A DNA stretch of 64,000 nt from Harriotta raleighana. Taxonomy: Eukaryota. A program made the position numbers and the translations under genes. The DNA is taken from NCBI GenBank assembly GCA_050575255.1, contig JBNZDD010013695.1:6320248-6384247 (forward strand). The letters are read 5' to 3'. Position 1 is the first letter of the stretch, and the number at the start of each line of letters is the position of its first letter. The notes under the pieces are model-generated. The model had not been told where the DNA came from, made no database searches, and saw nothing but the letters and a program-made list of their open reading frames with translations. Below are positions 50,501 through 62,491 of the stretch, piece after piece.

Positions 50501-50580
50501 CTTTGATGTCACGGTGTCTGCGAGGTTGTACAGCATGGGCATGTTCATCATGGGACGCAGGTGCATGAAGGGTTTGGGTT
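50501..50580 (-). CDS. CD74: CD74 exon 3, CLIP region (KPKPFMHLRPMMNMPMLYNLADTVTSK)
   Basis: 80 nt, phase 1-0, TGCAG acceptor and AAG|GTATG donor; Pro/Lys then Met-rich like mammalian CLIP. Confidence 0.88.
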
Positions 50581-50880
50581 CTGCACAGAAAGAGAGGAAA
50601 CTCATTACCTACAGCCTCAGCCCAAACCTCCCCCCGCATTCCCTGATCCCAACCTCTCCTAGTCCAGGGCCTTGGGACATCCTCCCAATGTGAAAAGCAT
50701 TGTGTAAACGCAGTCTGTTGTTGTTATAATAACTGGCATTGGATATAGCTTCTTATCACGTCACCCGAGACGTCTCTCAAAGCGCTTCGAAGAATCTACC
50801 GTGAAGTGTAGCAACTGTGCATTTTGTGGGTGGTACATGTTGCGGTGCGGGCTGGTGGCTGTGCTGTGTGGGTGACTTAC

Positions 50881-51056
50881 TGGGCAGGGCTGCGGAGTTC
50901 TTGTTTCGAATCTCAGTGGTGGTTTTCTGCAGGTCAGTGATCTTGTCCTGTTGTTTCATGAGGAACATGACACTGACCACTTGGCCAGCGATGAGCAGGA
51001 CTCCCAGGACTGTCACCCCGGTCCACATGAGGCCCCGGGAACATCCTCCGCCTCCG
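50881..51056 (-). CDS. CD74: CD74 exon 2 (CSRG, type II transmembrane segment with LLIAGQ)
   Basis: CSRGLMWTGVTVLGVLLIAGQ parallels human CSRGALYTG...LLLAGQ; canonical splice sites. Confidence 0.92.
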
Positions 51057-52805
51057 CTGTGGGGAACACAGAGAAAATAATAATAATAATCCTCTCATTT
51101 GGTATTGCGCCTTATCACGTCGTTGTGCATCTCAAAGGTTTTCACTGAATATATCGTACAGTGTACCCACTGTGCGTTTTGTGGGAGAAAAACAGCAGCC
51201 AATTTTGGCACGGACAAACAGTCATTGTTTGGCAATCCCTAATGTGCCCACACCCTCATCCCCATCTCTCTCTTTCTCTCCGCCTCTGGCAGAACCTTTC
51301 TGGTTCCAACCCTCTCCACAATCTTCGTATGAACTTCCATGTCCTGTTCCTCCCAGACTCCAAACCTCTCTATCAGAGGCGTTTTTAACTACTTCAAACT
51401 ACTCTGTGAAATTTTATTGCACCGACGTTAAAAACGCCTCTGCTCTCCACTCTCCACTCTTAGTGTCACCTGACCACCAAACTAATGATTACATAATCCC
51501 CAGATCAGAGGAGAAACTTGACATCAATGTTGGCCTAAATCCAACACCACCCACAGAGTTATGAATCTGGGCGGACGTTACAATGGCATCTGACACCCCC
51601 AGATCCTAACCAGACCCCAGGAGAACAAGCCCCATACATAGGAACATGAAGAGGTAATTCAGCCCCTCGAGCCTGTTCTACGATTCTGTTAGGTCATGGC
51701 TAATCTGTAAATCAACTCCAATTACCCCTGATACGCTGATGTTACACTTTACCAGTGGATCCTCACCCGTGGGACTACACCAAGATGACAATGGTTTCAG
51801 GCAGCCGTGCACAGTGAGGCGTTTGAAGAGAAACAGATCTAGGTGCGAGCGGGTGGTGGGTGGGGAAGACATTTCTGGTCAGCTCTTTGCGTCTCACTAA
51901 CAACTAGTCATGTATTTTTAAACAACAAAATAATATATAATAATCCTTGCATTTGATATAGAGCTTCACACATCTTATTGATGTCTCAAAGCACTTCACA
52001 GAATATACTGTAAAGTGGATTGACTGTATATTTGTGGGCGAAATGTGGCAGCGAATTGCGCTCAAGTGTCCCACAAACAGCCATGGATTGAAATGACCAA
52101 TTTTATTAATGTGGTTTTACATAATATTCCTTACATTTGATATCATGGCTTATCATGTTGTTGAGACACCTCAAGTTACTTTAGAAGCTGTACTGTAAAG
52201 TGTAGACATGTGTGCATTTTGTGGGTGACACGTGGCAGCTAATTGTGCACAGCAGAGTCCCACAAACAGTCGTGGAGTGAGTGATCACATTCTGACTGAG
52301 AATCTGGGAGAGGCTGATTGGGAGGGAGTTTGGGAAGAATTTGGAGGCAGAATGAGGGATTTCCAGCCACAACCAAGAAAGGTGTCTAATTCAGGGCTTT
52401 GGGATTTCCCTCCATGATTACTATCTAAAGACAGAGCAGGGGAATAGGGTGAGAGTGGAGAGCTCCAGTGGGGAAGTGAGCATCAGTACTGACATGATGT
52501 AGACAGTAGACTAATTTCAGTTTTGTTCTACCTAGTACACCTCTCTGCTTCTCTGCAGCAGTGAGCTTTTTACTGCCCAAGAGATCAGGAAACGAGTGCA
52601 TTCACACAAAAATCTTTGAACAATAATAACAATAATATTTATTATCGCATCTGAATCAGCGCCTCGTTACACCGAGAAGTCTCCGAGCGCTTCACAAAAT
52701 ATACTGCAAAGTGCAGTGACTTGTTTACTTAGTGGGTGAAACGCAGTAGTTGATTGCGCAGATAACAAGCGATGGATGCTGTGTAAAAAGTGTGGGAGCT
52801 GGTAC

Positions 52806-52897
52806 CTGCTCTGACCGCGAGCGTTGCCAGCCTCAGTGGTGCCGGTGCTAACGGTGTCCTGGTTGTGGTTCAGTAAGGTGCTCTGCTGCTCGTCCAT
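52806..52897 (-). CDS. CD74: MHC class II invariant chain exon 1 (MDEQQSTLLNHNQD..., acidic dileucine sorting signal)
   Basis: GCAATGG Kozak context; resembles mammalian MDDQRDLI; AG|GTACC phase-2 donor compatible with exon 2. Confidence 0.85.
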
Positions 52898-53022
52898 TGC
52901 TGCGACTCTCGGCTGCAAACTGGCTCTGTCCTGCTTTCAAATAGGCTGTGCAACACTCCGATGCTCACTCTTGTACTGAACAGAGGCGTCAACGCATTCA
53001 GACCAAGACTCCAGCGACCAAC

Positions 53023-53063
53023 AAAAAAAGGAAGTTGGCTCCGGTGAATTTTGGAAAGTCCCC
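53023..53063 (-). promoter_or_regulatory. CD74 proximal promoter: NF-kappaB site GGGGACTTTCC (53053-53063, minus) and PU.1/Ets site AAAAAGGAAGT (about 53024-53035)
   Basis: Exact consensus kappaB site about 160 nt upstream of the ATG; mammalian CD74 promoters use NF-kappaB. Confidence 0.7.
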
Positions 53064-53863
53064 ACCTTAACTACACACTAAACATCAACACTGAATATAA
53101 GCAGCCTGGCTTCACAGGCTCTCACAGTTCTGCTCATTATATTTCCTCCGAAGGTCTCTATTGTGTCAGTTTCAATAGCCTTTATGGTGGTAATGAGTTC
53201 AACAGCATAATGGTAACCCTGGCATTTGATACAGCGACTTATCTCAGCGCCTTATCGTCAAGACGTCTCAAAAGCACTTCACTGAATATGTCGAGTGAAT
53301 TGCTTGTACATTTTTTGGGTGAAGCAGGTCACATTGTCCAAACATTGTGAGGCACTCCACAGAATTTACTGTAATGTGTAATGACTGTGTATCTGTAGGC
53401 AAACTCGTCTGTCAATTTATCATTGGCATGATCAAGGATCCCGAGCCAATATTTGAAGTTTCTCTCTCTCCTGGCCTAGCCGACAATCACCCAAATAAAA
53501 AAATGGTCACTCATTCCATCCATGTTTTGGGGAAATTGCTGTGCGCGATTGGCTGCCGCATTACGCCCACAAATAGTCACTACACATTGCAGTGTGTTCC
53601 GCGAAGCGCTTTGAGACATCTCAACAACGCGATAAGGTATTGTATCAAATGCAAGTATTATTATTTCACTAGATTTGTTCAATATCCCACAAAATGAAGT
53701 GAACAAGCATTTTATTTTGGTGGGAATTGTGGGATGAGACACTCAAAGAAACCCTTCTTCTCTAAATGTGCCAATGTGACATCCATTGCAGTTTGTCTGG
53801 GAGCTTTACTCTGACTATAAGCCGCACAGCGAGGTACATACTGTGAAATTGGGTCCAAAAAAC

Positions 53864-53927
53864 TGACCAGAATGAAAGTCCTCTGCCCAGAAACCAGTGA
53901 GTCACAGGCAGCACACGAGCAGATTGG
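53864..53927 (+). promoter_or_regulatory. S-X1-X2-Y module (MHC II enhanceosome), inverted relative to CD74
   Basis: TGACCAG-N15-CCCAGAAACCAG-TGAGTCA-N15-CAGATTGG; order and spacing match HLA-DRA/CD74-type modules. Confidence 0.75.
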
Positions 53928-54825
53928 CTGCTCGATCTGGGTGTAGACATTGATTGACATCATCATCACGTTTGTTTGTTGAGATCAACAAGTGGATACA
54001 ATTGGGGTGAGGGAAGGTTTTGTGCAGTGATGAGCTTCGCACAATAGTGAACTTATACAGTTACTGCATGGACCCACTGGGGGAGGGGATAATCGTAATC
54101 CTTGCATTAGATACAGTGCCTTATCATGTCTCTAACAGCAACAACAAAATTATACTGGTATGGCGCCTTTTACATCAGGAGGATGTCCCAAGATGTCTCA
54201 AAGTGCTTCACAGAAAACACTATCAAATTGTAGTGATTGTGTGTATTGTGCGAGAAACATGACAGCCAATTCCTCACAGTAGTATCCCACAAACAATAGA
54301 GGATTGACTGACTAAATTTACTTTTTTTGGGTAAAGATTATGACCCCCTCGGGAAGTGATCCACCAATTGACTATAAAGCAGGTTTCTCCATGCTGCTAG
54401 GTAACAGAGGCGTGTGTGTTGAGTAAGGAAACCTGCCTACGGTCTTGCCCCTGACCGATGGGTTCAGTGGGAAAAGCACTGAAGGTCCAGGTATGCAAAC
54501 TGCCCAGAGCCCCTCAGCCTGGAACTGAGTGGACTTGAGACCTGCTCCCCATTCCCTCCCATCCTTGTCCCAATATCAACACAGGCTGATGTGTGCGGAG
54601 AGGCCCTAGAGATTGACAAGGTCCACCTGCCTCACCACAACCACAGGCTTTAAGAGGAAGCGAGGTGGGGCAGGACTTCCCAGAATTTGTCTCTATTGAG
54701 GGTCTGAGCTGCTCGAAAACAGAGTCTGATCTGCAAATGTCTGTCCAACAACCAGTGTGTCAGCACGAACACCCCATACCATTGGCTAAATACCTTCACA
54801 CATTGAAGATGGCTGCAACAAGTCA

Positions 54826-54844
54826 CACTGCCCCCTGGTGGCAA
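54826..54844 (-). promoter_or_regulatory. CTCF motif (CCACCAGGGGGCAG) between CD74 and RPS14
   Basis: Perfect core consensus; YY1-like AAGATGGCTG and a CCAAT lie within 50 nt. Confidence 0.6.
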
Positions 54845-55519
54845 CTAGAAACATTACACAGCCACAACCCTGAACACACAAAAGGAAACCGTTCTACCCT
54901 TCGAGCCCTGTTCTGCCAATCTGGATCATGGCTGATCTGTACAACTCCAATTATCTGCCTTTACCCCATACCTCTCGATAATCTGATTTTACGAATGTCT
55001 AACCACTTCCGTCTTGACTATATGAATGAATCCAGCATTGTCTTTTATAATAATCCTTATATTTGATATAGCGCTTTTCACATCTTCTAGATGTCTTAAA
55101 GTGCGCGACAGAATATGCTGTACAGTGGATTGACTGTATATTTGTGGGCGAATCGTGGCAGCCACTTAAGCACAGCAGTGTCCCCACAAACAGTCGTGGG
55201 TTGAATTGACCAATTTTATTATTTTGGATAGAATTATTATTTTATTATTGTGGATATGGTAAACCAAGGATCTCGAATTCACCCCCACACACAATACAGT
55301 AAAGCCAGTTTATCTGGCATCCGCAGGACCTGGCTTGCGACAATTGATTCATTAAATGCGCCACCTGTATTCTGCCAAATAACTTCCAGTTAATCAGATG
55401 GGGGCCTTTTTTTTGATGTGCCGGCTATACGGAAGTTCTGGTTCATTGAGTCACAAATAAACAGGCTTTTACTGTACAATTCAAACAGCATACTTCATGC
55501 ACATTCACTGGAAAATCTT

Positions 55520-55745
55520 TGCAAAATACTGTCACCTGGAGCTGGGCATGGATTGGACCTTGACTGCTGTGAACCTTTTTCCACTACCCTTTGGGTGAAA
55601 AACTGCATCGATTTCTCTCCAAAACAACCGGCTGTAATTATAAAATGGTGCCCCTTGTTCTGGATTCCCCACCAGAGGATATACTATATACATATCTACC
55701 CTAACAAATCCCTTTATTATGTTAAAAACCTCAATCAGGCACAAA
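55520..55745 (-). mobile_element. Degraded CR1 3' fragment
   Basis: LIEVFNIIKGF.RVD motif followed by degraded F.QRVV-like sequence. Confidence 0.7.
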
Positions 55746-56440
55746 AAATCCTTTCAGTCACTGGTCCTAGGGTTACTAGGACTTAAAAAATGTATAATTA
55801 TTAAATAGTGTGTGATCAGGCACACACTGCTCGTCAGTCACTCGTTTAGAAATTTGACAGATTTATTAACAAAACAGGGCAACACTGGTCGTTTCCTTTC
55901 TTTCCCTGCCTGTTTACCTAGCAATAAGTAAAGGAATCTGATTGTAGTCAATTGTTCCTCTTTCTGGACGCTAAGAAACCCAATAAATTTTGTAGTCACT
56001 CAATCCACGACTGTGTGTGGGACACTGATGCATACTTCGTTTCGCCCACAAAAATATAGTGAATTCACTCAACAGAATATTCCGTGAGGCACTTTGAGAC
56101 ATCTGAAAGATGTGATAAAGTGCTGTATGAAATGCAGATTATTATAATAACAGCTTGCATTTACAGTAGAGGGCCCCTCACACATGGCAGCGTTCCAGAG
56201 CACTTAGGGCAGAAGCATGGCTTCCATCTTAATAATAATAATAATCCTTGCATTTGATATAGCGCTTTTCACATCTTATCGACGTCTCAAAGTGCTTCAC
56301 AGAATATACTGTAAAGTGAATTGACTGTATATTTGTGGGCGGAACGCGGCATCCAATTGCGCACAGCAGCGTCCCACAATCAGTCATGGATTGAAATGAC
56401 CAATTTTATTATTGTGGTTTTTTTGGAGGGATTATTATCT

Positions 56441-58481
56441 TTGACAATGTGTTGTTAAGAAAGAAAGCAAATTAGATCCCATCTTGAGTCAGGATTGTTC
56501 ATTGTTCCAAAATTTATCACCGGGTTTTTCCTGTGTGCATTCATAATGCACTGCTGCCCCCCGCTGGTCAAAGATCTCCATAACCAGTTGGGTTCTGAGC
56601 AGCTCAGTCATGTTTTTGGTCAGGTATAAAGTGACCAACAATAACAATCCTTGCATTTGATATAGTGCTTATCACTTCTTCTAGACTTCTCAAAGTGCTT
56701 CACAGATTACACTGTAAAGTGAATTGACTATATATTTGTGGGAAAAACACAGCAGCCAATTGTACACAGGGGTGTCTCATTCATGGAATGAGTGACAAAA
56801 TTATTATTGCTTTTCTTTGAAGGGATTATTAGCAGGCGTGTGTGGAGTAAGGAAATTTGCCTAAGCTTTCGCCCCGCCCGGAATCAAACCCAGGTCTCTC
56901 ACTTGACTCACTAAGTTTGTGTCGAGTTCAGGGATCAGTGGAGACCTGAATGGACAGTGATCTAATTTCTCCTGGCGTTTGTGTCTATTGGTTAATCCAT
57001 GTATAAAATTCTAATGAGCAGTTTTATTAATGAGCAATTATATCCTCTGGTGAGAAAACTGAGGAATAGAGGCCAGTATTAAGCTTGAGACCAAACTGTT
57101 TAGAAATGAAATAGGGAAACATTTCCCATAGCTGGCTGTGGGTGTGGCATTCTCTCCCCCAGTAGTCACTGAGGTACAGTTTAGCAGCCCATCCCAATAT
57201 TGCAAACTAACCTTCCTTCCCCATGCTGATCCAGACCTCCCAGCAGACAACAAAACTACAACTAGCAACGGCCTGTTTCAGTTCCGTTTCACTAGAACTC
57301 GTGCAATCCCTTTGCCTCGCTTCTCCCTTTCCTCCTTAAAGACCTTCTTCGACCATGCATTCTGCTGCCCTAACTCTCCTCCCTTTCCTACTCTCCACTC
57401 ACCCCTCCCTGCTCAGGAACCAAACTGACTGTTCAGCACCTTGGAACTTCATCTTAACATNTTGACAATGTGTTGTTAAGAAAGAAAGCAAATTAGATCC
57501 CATCTTGAGTCAGGATTGTTCATTGTTCCAAAATTTATCACCGGGTTTTTCCTGTGTGCATTCATAATGCACTGCTGCCCCCCGCTGGTCAAAGATCTCC
57601 ATAACCAGTTGGGTTCTGAGCAGCTCAGTCATGTTTTTGGTCAGGTATAAAGTGACCAACAATAACAATCCTTGCATTTGATATAGTGCTTATCACTTCT
57701 TCTAGACTTCTCAAAGTGCTTCACAGATTACACTGTAAAGTGAATTGACTATATATTTGTGGGAAAAACACAGCAGCCAATTGTACACAGGGGTGTCTCA
57801 TTCATGGAATGAGTGACAAAATTATTATTGCTTTTCTTTGAAGGGATTATTAGCAGGCGTGTGTGGAGTAAGGAAATTTGCCTAAGCTTTCGCCCCGCCC
57901 GGAATCAAACCCAGGTCTCTCACTTGACTCACTAAGTTTGTGTCGAGTTCAGGGATCAGTGGAGACCTGAATGGACAGTGATCTAATTTCTCCTGGCGTT
58001 TGTGTCTATTGGTTAATCCATGTATAAAATTCTAATGAGCAGTTTTATTAATGAGCAATTATATCCTCTGGTGAGAAAACTGAGGAATAGAGGCCAGTAT
58101 TAAGCTTGAGACCAAACTGTTTAGAAATGAAATAGGGAAACATTTCCCATAGCTGGCTGTGGGTGTGGCATTCTCTCCCCCAGTAGTCACTGAGGTACAG
58201 TTTAGCAGCCCATCCCAATATTGCAAACTAACCTTCCTTCCCCATGCTGATCCAGACCTCCCAGCAGACAACAAAACTACAACTAGCAACGGCCTGTTTC
58301 AGTTCCGTTTCACTAGAACTCGTGCAATCCCTTTGCCTCGCTTCTCCCTTTCCTCCTTAAAGACCTTCTTCGACCATGCATTCTGCTGCCCTAACTCTCC
58401 TCCCTTTCCTACTCTCCACTCACCCCTCCCTGCTCAGGAACCAAACTGACTGTTCAGCACCTTGGAACTTCATCTTAACAT
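56441..58481. other. 1.02-kb tandem duplication around a single N (57461); probable assembly artefact
   Basis: 56441-57460 vs 57462-58481 appear identical. Confidence 0.88.
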
Positions 58482-58711
58482 GAAAGGCACTCTATAAATA
58501 TAATTTGGTGGTTGTTGTTGTTATTGTACTGGAAGCAATTTAGACCAAGCCCTGTAACAGGCAAGCATTGGGGCAAGCGACAACAGGCTGAAGGTCCGAG
58601 TAACACAATCACAATTTCGCTTGCAAGCCAACAAAACATTGTCCATCGTTTTGCAATGTAAACCCAGCGATTTCACCAAAGCTTGGGAGCTCAGAGACAG
58701 GTTCAGGTCAA

Positions 58712-58855
58712 GGCAAAAAGCAAAATACTGCAGATACTGAAAATCTGGCCTGAACAGAATTGTCTGGGAACTCAGCAGGTCATACAGCACCTACTTCCCA
58801 CTCTCTGTTGATGCTACCTGATCTGCTAAGTGTACCCAACCACTTCAATTTATTT
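58712..58855. mobile_element. Internally deleted Penelope-like inverted-repeat element
   Basis: AAAATACTGCAGAT..ACTCAGCAGGTCA..CAGCA mirrored by GATGCTACCTGATCTGCTAAGT. Confidence 0.6.
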
Positions 58856-59473
58856 TAGGCCATGCACCCAAGTCGATTCACTTTAGTATATATCCTGTAA
58901 AGCCCTCCACAATCTCACCCCACCCTACATCCATGACTTCCTACTTTCATACCAACCGACCTGCCTCCTCCATTCAGCAGGCTCTGGCCTGCTCCATATC
59001 CCCACACCTACCATTGGTGGGCAAGCCTTCAGGCCACTCTGCCCATCAACCTACTCCGTCCTGCAGTGCCCCAGCCTCACACCCCCTGGGCTTCCTTCAA
59101 GTCTCTCCTCTTCGATGGACCCATCGGCAACTTCTAATATCCCCCTCCCACTCCTGTCCTCAGCTCGGGTCTGAAGCAGCGACTGTCCAGCGCCTTGGAA
59201 CGTCCTCATGACATGAAAGGGATTATACAAGAGTAATTTTGTTGTTGTAAGGCGCAGTGAAACATCTAGACGGGATAAGACGCCATATTAAATGTAGGGA
59301 TTAGATCACATGCTGTTATTATTTTCTGCTTCCAACAGCTCCTGCCTGGCCCAGATAGTGGAGCTCATTGAAACTGGGGTGCCCGATGCTCTGTGAAATC
59401 AAGTGTCCAGATCAATCTCCATCCACATACCCCAACTCCCTCCCCTCCCAGTCTGTGCGTGGGCCCCGTGAGT

Positions 59474-59604
59474 GCGTGTACGTGACCAAGCGTCCCTGGC
59501 AGCCGTGACAGCGAGACCGACAGGGATAGTAGGAAACGAGTTGCTGTCGGCAGGGGGAACGACAGCACAGCACCACACAGCTATGTTGTAACTTATCCTG
59601 CACC
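59474..59604 (-). ncRNA. SNORA63: H/ACA snoRNA E3, copy C (downstream of the RPS14 poly(A) signal)
   Basis: Intact H box, ACA box and both guide pockets; same length as copies A and B. Confidence 0.85.
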
Positions 59605-60002
59605 TGAGCGTGCGGCTCAGCCTCAGGGGAAGAGAGGCTGGACAGCAGCAAGCGTCAAGAGATCTATCAAGGCCCCAATCACAGTCTATCTGCCTCTCAT
59701 GATTGACAGATGATGAATCAGAAGCTCCTGAATGGTCTGATAGTGTGTTACAGCTCCTCATTACATCCAACATCCAACGCTGACCAAGACGCTGTGTTTA
59801 CGTGGAGAGTGTGCAGGTCTACACTGGGGCAAGAGCACCACTGAGGTTTTCAAATCCTGTGGGAATCAGTAACTACCCTTCACCATTGTGACGGTTGTCG
59901 TGCATGCATCCCCCCCTGGCTGTGACCGTCTAACTCAGAGCAAGGGTGTGGAGACTCTCTGGGTAACAGAGAAATCAGCCCACAGCCGATCAGTAAAACA
60001 CC

Positions 60003-60008
60003 TTTATT
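60003..60008 (-). terminator. RPS14 polyadenylation signal AATAAA
   Basis: About 28 nt after the stop codon. Confidence 0.85.
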
Positions 60009-60035
60009 GGTTACTGACATGAATAGAAACAAGGT

Positions 60036-60103
60036 TTACAATCGACGACCGCGCCGCCCGCCCTTTCTGCGAGTGCTGTCTGACGGGATAGGAGTCACGT
60101 CCT
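60036..60103 (-). CDS. RPS14: RPS14 exon 5 ([22 protein letters not shown]); total CDS 456 nt, 151 aa
   Basis: Conserved C-terminus; TAA stop. Confidence 0.98.
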
Positions 60104-60314
60104 CTGTAAGAGAAGAAACCAGTGTCATACACGCCATAGAGCGCACACACACACACTCACCAGAGTGCACGTACATACACACTCATTAGAGCGCACTCAC
60201 TAGAGTATACCGCAGAGCACTCTCAGCAGAGGACATATTCGGCACACACTCACGTACACTCAGCCACAGAACACAAGATAGACTGAGCTACCCTCCCCTC
60301 TCCGGGCCATGAGC

Positions 60315-60445
60315 GCGTGTGCGTGACCAAGCGTCCCTGGCAGCCGTGACAGCGAGGCCGACAGGGATAGTAGGAAACGAGTTGCTGTCGGCAGGGGGAA
60401 CGACAGCACAGCACCATACAGCCATGTTGTAACTTATCCTGCACC
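60315..60445 (-). ncRNA. SNORA63: H/ACA snoRNA E3, copy B (RPS14 intron 4)
   Basis: As copy A; has the E3 hallmark GCCAGGGACGCTTGGTC followed by ACA. Confidence 0.92.
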
Positions 60446-60744
60446 TGAGCACGCGGCTCAGCCTCGGGGAAAGAGAGGCCGGACACATGGCCTGGAGGAG
60501 TCAGTGCCCACACAAGCTCAGAGACAGAGCAGCCCAATGTAGAGCACTCAGTCCAGGACAGTGAGACTCGTTGAATCTTACACCCCCGGCAACCCCACCC
60601 CACCCCCCACTCCACCCCCGACTGCCGGCTGTTGTCTTTGTGCAGAGCGAGACTATAGGCCAGAGCGCGGTATTAGATTAAAGACAAGCCACAGTGAGAC
60701 GACCAGCCAAGCTCATGACACCCACAGACACAGTGTAATGATCA

Positions 60745-60879
<135 letters not shown>

Positions 60880-61427
60880 TCATCGACTCCAGTGTGCACA
60901 AGGGGGTGGGGGTGAGGGGGTATCCCATCGCCCTCAACCCTCTCCCCTCTCCCCTCCCGAGTGACATCAGTCAGTGACAGACAGACTGGCTGGGGGGGCA
61001 CTTGGGGAAAGCAAGGTGCCGTTGGCGACAAGACAATCCGGGATTACGAGTCCTGTCACCCACAAACCCACAACATTGATCACATCAGGAGGGCTGTAAC
61101 CAACCGCAAGTGAGGTCATCGCCTACTCTGATCAGTGAGAGGCCATTCAGCCAAACCCTGGCCAGGCAGGGGGTCCGAGCCGACTCCGTCCCCATCCACA
61201 CACGGCCCGATGCTGCCAGGGAAGTACAGTGAGTGGCCATTTGTACTTCACCACCCCCCCCATCCCACCCTCCGAGCCAGGACACTGTCTGCTCTACAGT
61301 GTGATAAACTGAGGTCTAAACAGTGCTCTCTCTTCTTTGGGAAGGCATTGCAGCCTCCACTCAGCTCCCATCAGTACATCACGGAGAGAGGCTGAGCTCC
61401 CCCCTCCCCCTCAGCAACGTGCAGGAA

Positions 61428-61558
61428 CCATGTGCGTGACCAAACATCCCTGACAGCCCTGACAGCGAGGCCGACAGGGATAGTAGGAAACGAGTTGCTG
61501 TCGGCAGGGGGAACGACAGCACAGCACCATACAGCCATGTTGTAACTTATCCTGCACC
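61428..61558 (-). ncRNA. SNORA63: H/ACA snoRNA E3, copy A (RPS14 intron 3)
   Basis: GCAGGAT..TACAACATGGCTG..GTGCTGTGCTGTCGTTCCCCCTGC, H box ACAGCA, 3' hairpin, ACA 3 nt from the end; matches human E3 as recalled. Confidence 0.88.
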
Positions 61559-61937
61559 TGAGCACGCAGCTCAACCTTGGTGGGGAGGTGGGGGGTGGGG
61601 GAGGAAGAGAGGCCTGAGAGGCCAGACACAATACAAACTGACACCAAAAAACTTGGCAGTATCTGCTAAGTGCAGTCACTATCTGTGGGTTAACACCGCT
61701 GCCAATAGAAGTCTGACAGACCAATTTATTTAGGGGTTGGTGGGGGTTGACAACCAGGACACGAGGAAACGGAAACTCTCAGCTCTTCTCAAGTTGTATC
61801 ATGGGATCATTATTAAATATTAAGCAACTAATAGAATGAGAGTTGCCACAACCCAGACAGTACTGGGTCTGAGCCATAACTCCCGAACACTGATAGTGTA
61901 GAGACTAACTGCACCCTCCCCACTATTGCCAGACTTA

Positions 61938-62120
<183 letters not shown>

Positions 62121-62269
62121 TTACTCACGGGCATACACATCGACAACCGCCATCACAGGGTACAATCCCAATCCATCCCCAGCCCCCTCCAACATCTGAG
62201 AAATCTCTATCCACAAGCTCAGCCAGGGGACAGCCACTCGCTGTAGATCTAGCCACCACATGGAACTTA

Positions 62270-62491
<222 letters not shown>

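Noticed and set aside
52455-52500. PU.1-like GGGGAAGTGA in CD74 intron 1
   Set aside because: Lies in a CR1 tail relic also seen at about 7040 and 17625.
56441-58481. Apparent tandem duplication, doubling a CTCF-like site and two ORFs
   Set aside because: Identical copies around a single N; assembly artefact.
61815-61890. Hairpin in RPS14 intron 3 (GAGTT..ACCCAG..CTGGGT..AACTC) as another H/ACA snoRNA
   Set aside because: No H box after the hairpin and no convincing second hairpin.
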